Positions 43,200-43,235 of a DNA stretch of 43,235 nt are shown here, in pieces (within the stretch, counting starts at the first letter, position 1; every line of letters begins with the position of its first letter). The notes under the pieces were generated by a model. The model made no database searches and was not told the origin of the DNA. It worked only from the letters and a program-made list of their open reading frames with translations. The DNA comes from Candidatus Promineifilaceae bacterium. Its GTDB lineage: Bacteria > Chloroflexota > Anaerolineae > Promineifilales > Promineifilaceae. A program made the translations under genes and the position numbers. The stretch covers positions 1-43,235 of the forward strand of contig JBAPRX010000684.1 of the NCBI GenBank assembly GCA_049281335.1. Reading direction: 5' to 3'.

Positions 43200-43235
43200 G
43201 AGCGCGGTTACAATCTTTTCCCTTCCTCTTTCCGG

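Noticed and set aside
1-43235. Prophage, integrative element or transposon
   Set aside because: No integrase, transposase, phage structural gene, tRNA attachment site or long terminal repeat was seen. Only the HEPN remnant hints at past accessory DNA.

Overview
Dense (about 90% coding) 43.2-kb chromosomal window of mostly housekeeping genes. No rRNA, tRNA, CRISPR array, integrase or transposase was seen. Gene content and order look non-proteobacterial, probably Chloroflexota-like. This placement is inference only, from rpmB divergent from asp23-yloV-degV-recG-coaD, rpmF-fabD-fabG-asp23-nusB-tatAC, a mevalonate kinase, Hanks kinases with PQQ propellers, a LysM protein, and many TATAAT-N8-ATG starts.

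Minus-strand genes, left to right:
- MalE-like lipoprotein (partial) and a MarR regulator
- pheT and pheS
- Nudix-like protein, tatC, tatA/B, nusB, asp23, fabG, fabD, rpmF
- a coiled-coil protein, coaD, recG, degV, yloV, asp23
- mvk and a UbiA-type prenyltransferase
- uvrA, a CBM48-like protein, relA/spoT
- OmpR-type regulator, an 80-aa protein, ZnR-FHA, vWA, PP2C, STK-PQQ, and a PIG-L deacetylase

Plus-strand genes: mgtE, a KimA-like permease, DUF1003, rpmB, LysM, a HEPN remnant, moaC, a moaD-moaE fusion, an HhH membrane protein, fabF, rnc and an RmlD-like reductase.

Most notable observations:
1. A seven-gene co-directional cluster joins a complete phospho-Thr module (kinase, PP2C, FHA, vWA) to an orphan response regulator and the RelA/SpoT gene.
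2. The palindrome CGGCCG occurs about 120 times by eye, several-fold above expectation, in all reading frames and in non-coding DNA. This resembles the HIP1 palindrome of cyanobacteria.
3. A Phe-rich leader ORF (FGFFFSF) plus an intrinsic terminator lies upstream of pheST, behind a near-consensus promoter.
4. Intergenic regions carry short word repeats: an AATTGGGTAATT hairpin family and opposed heptamer arrays.
5. The leaders of rpmF and rpmB contain promoter-proximal hairpins.

All coordinates and counts were read by eye and no searches were run.
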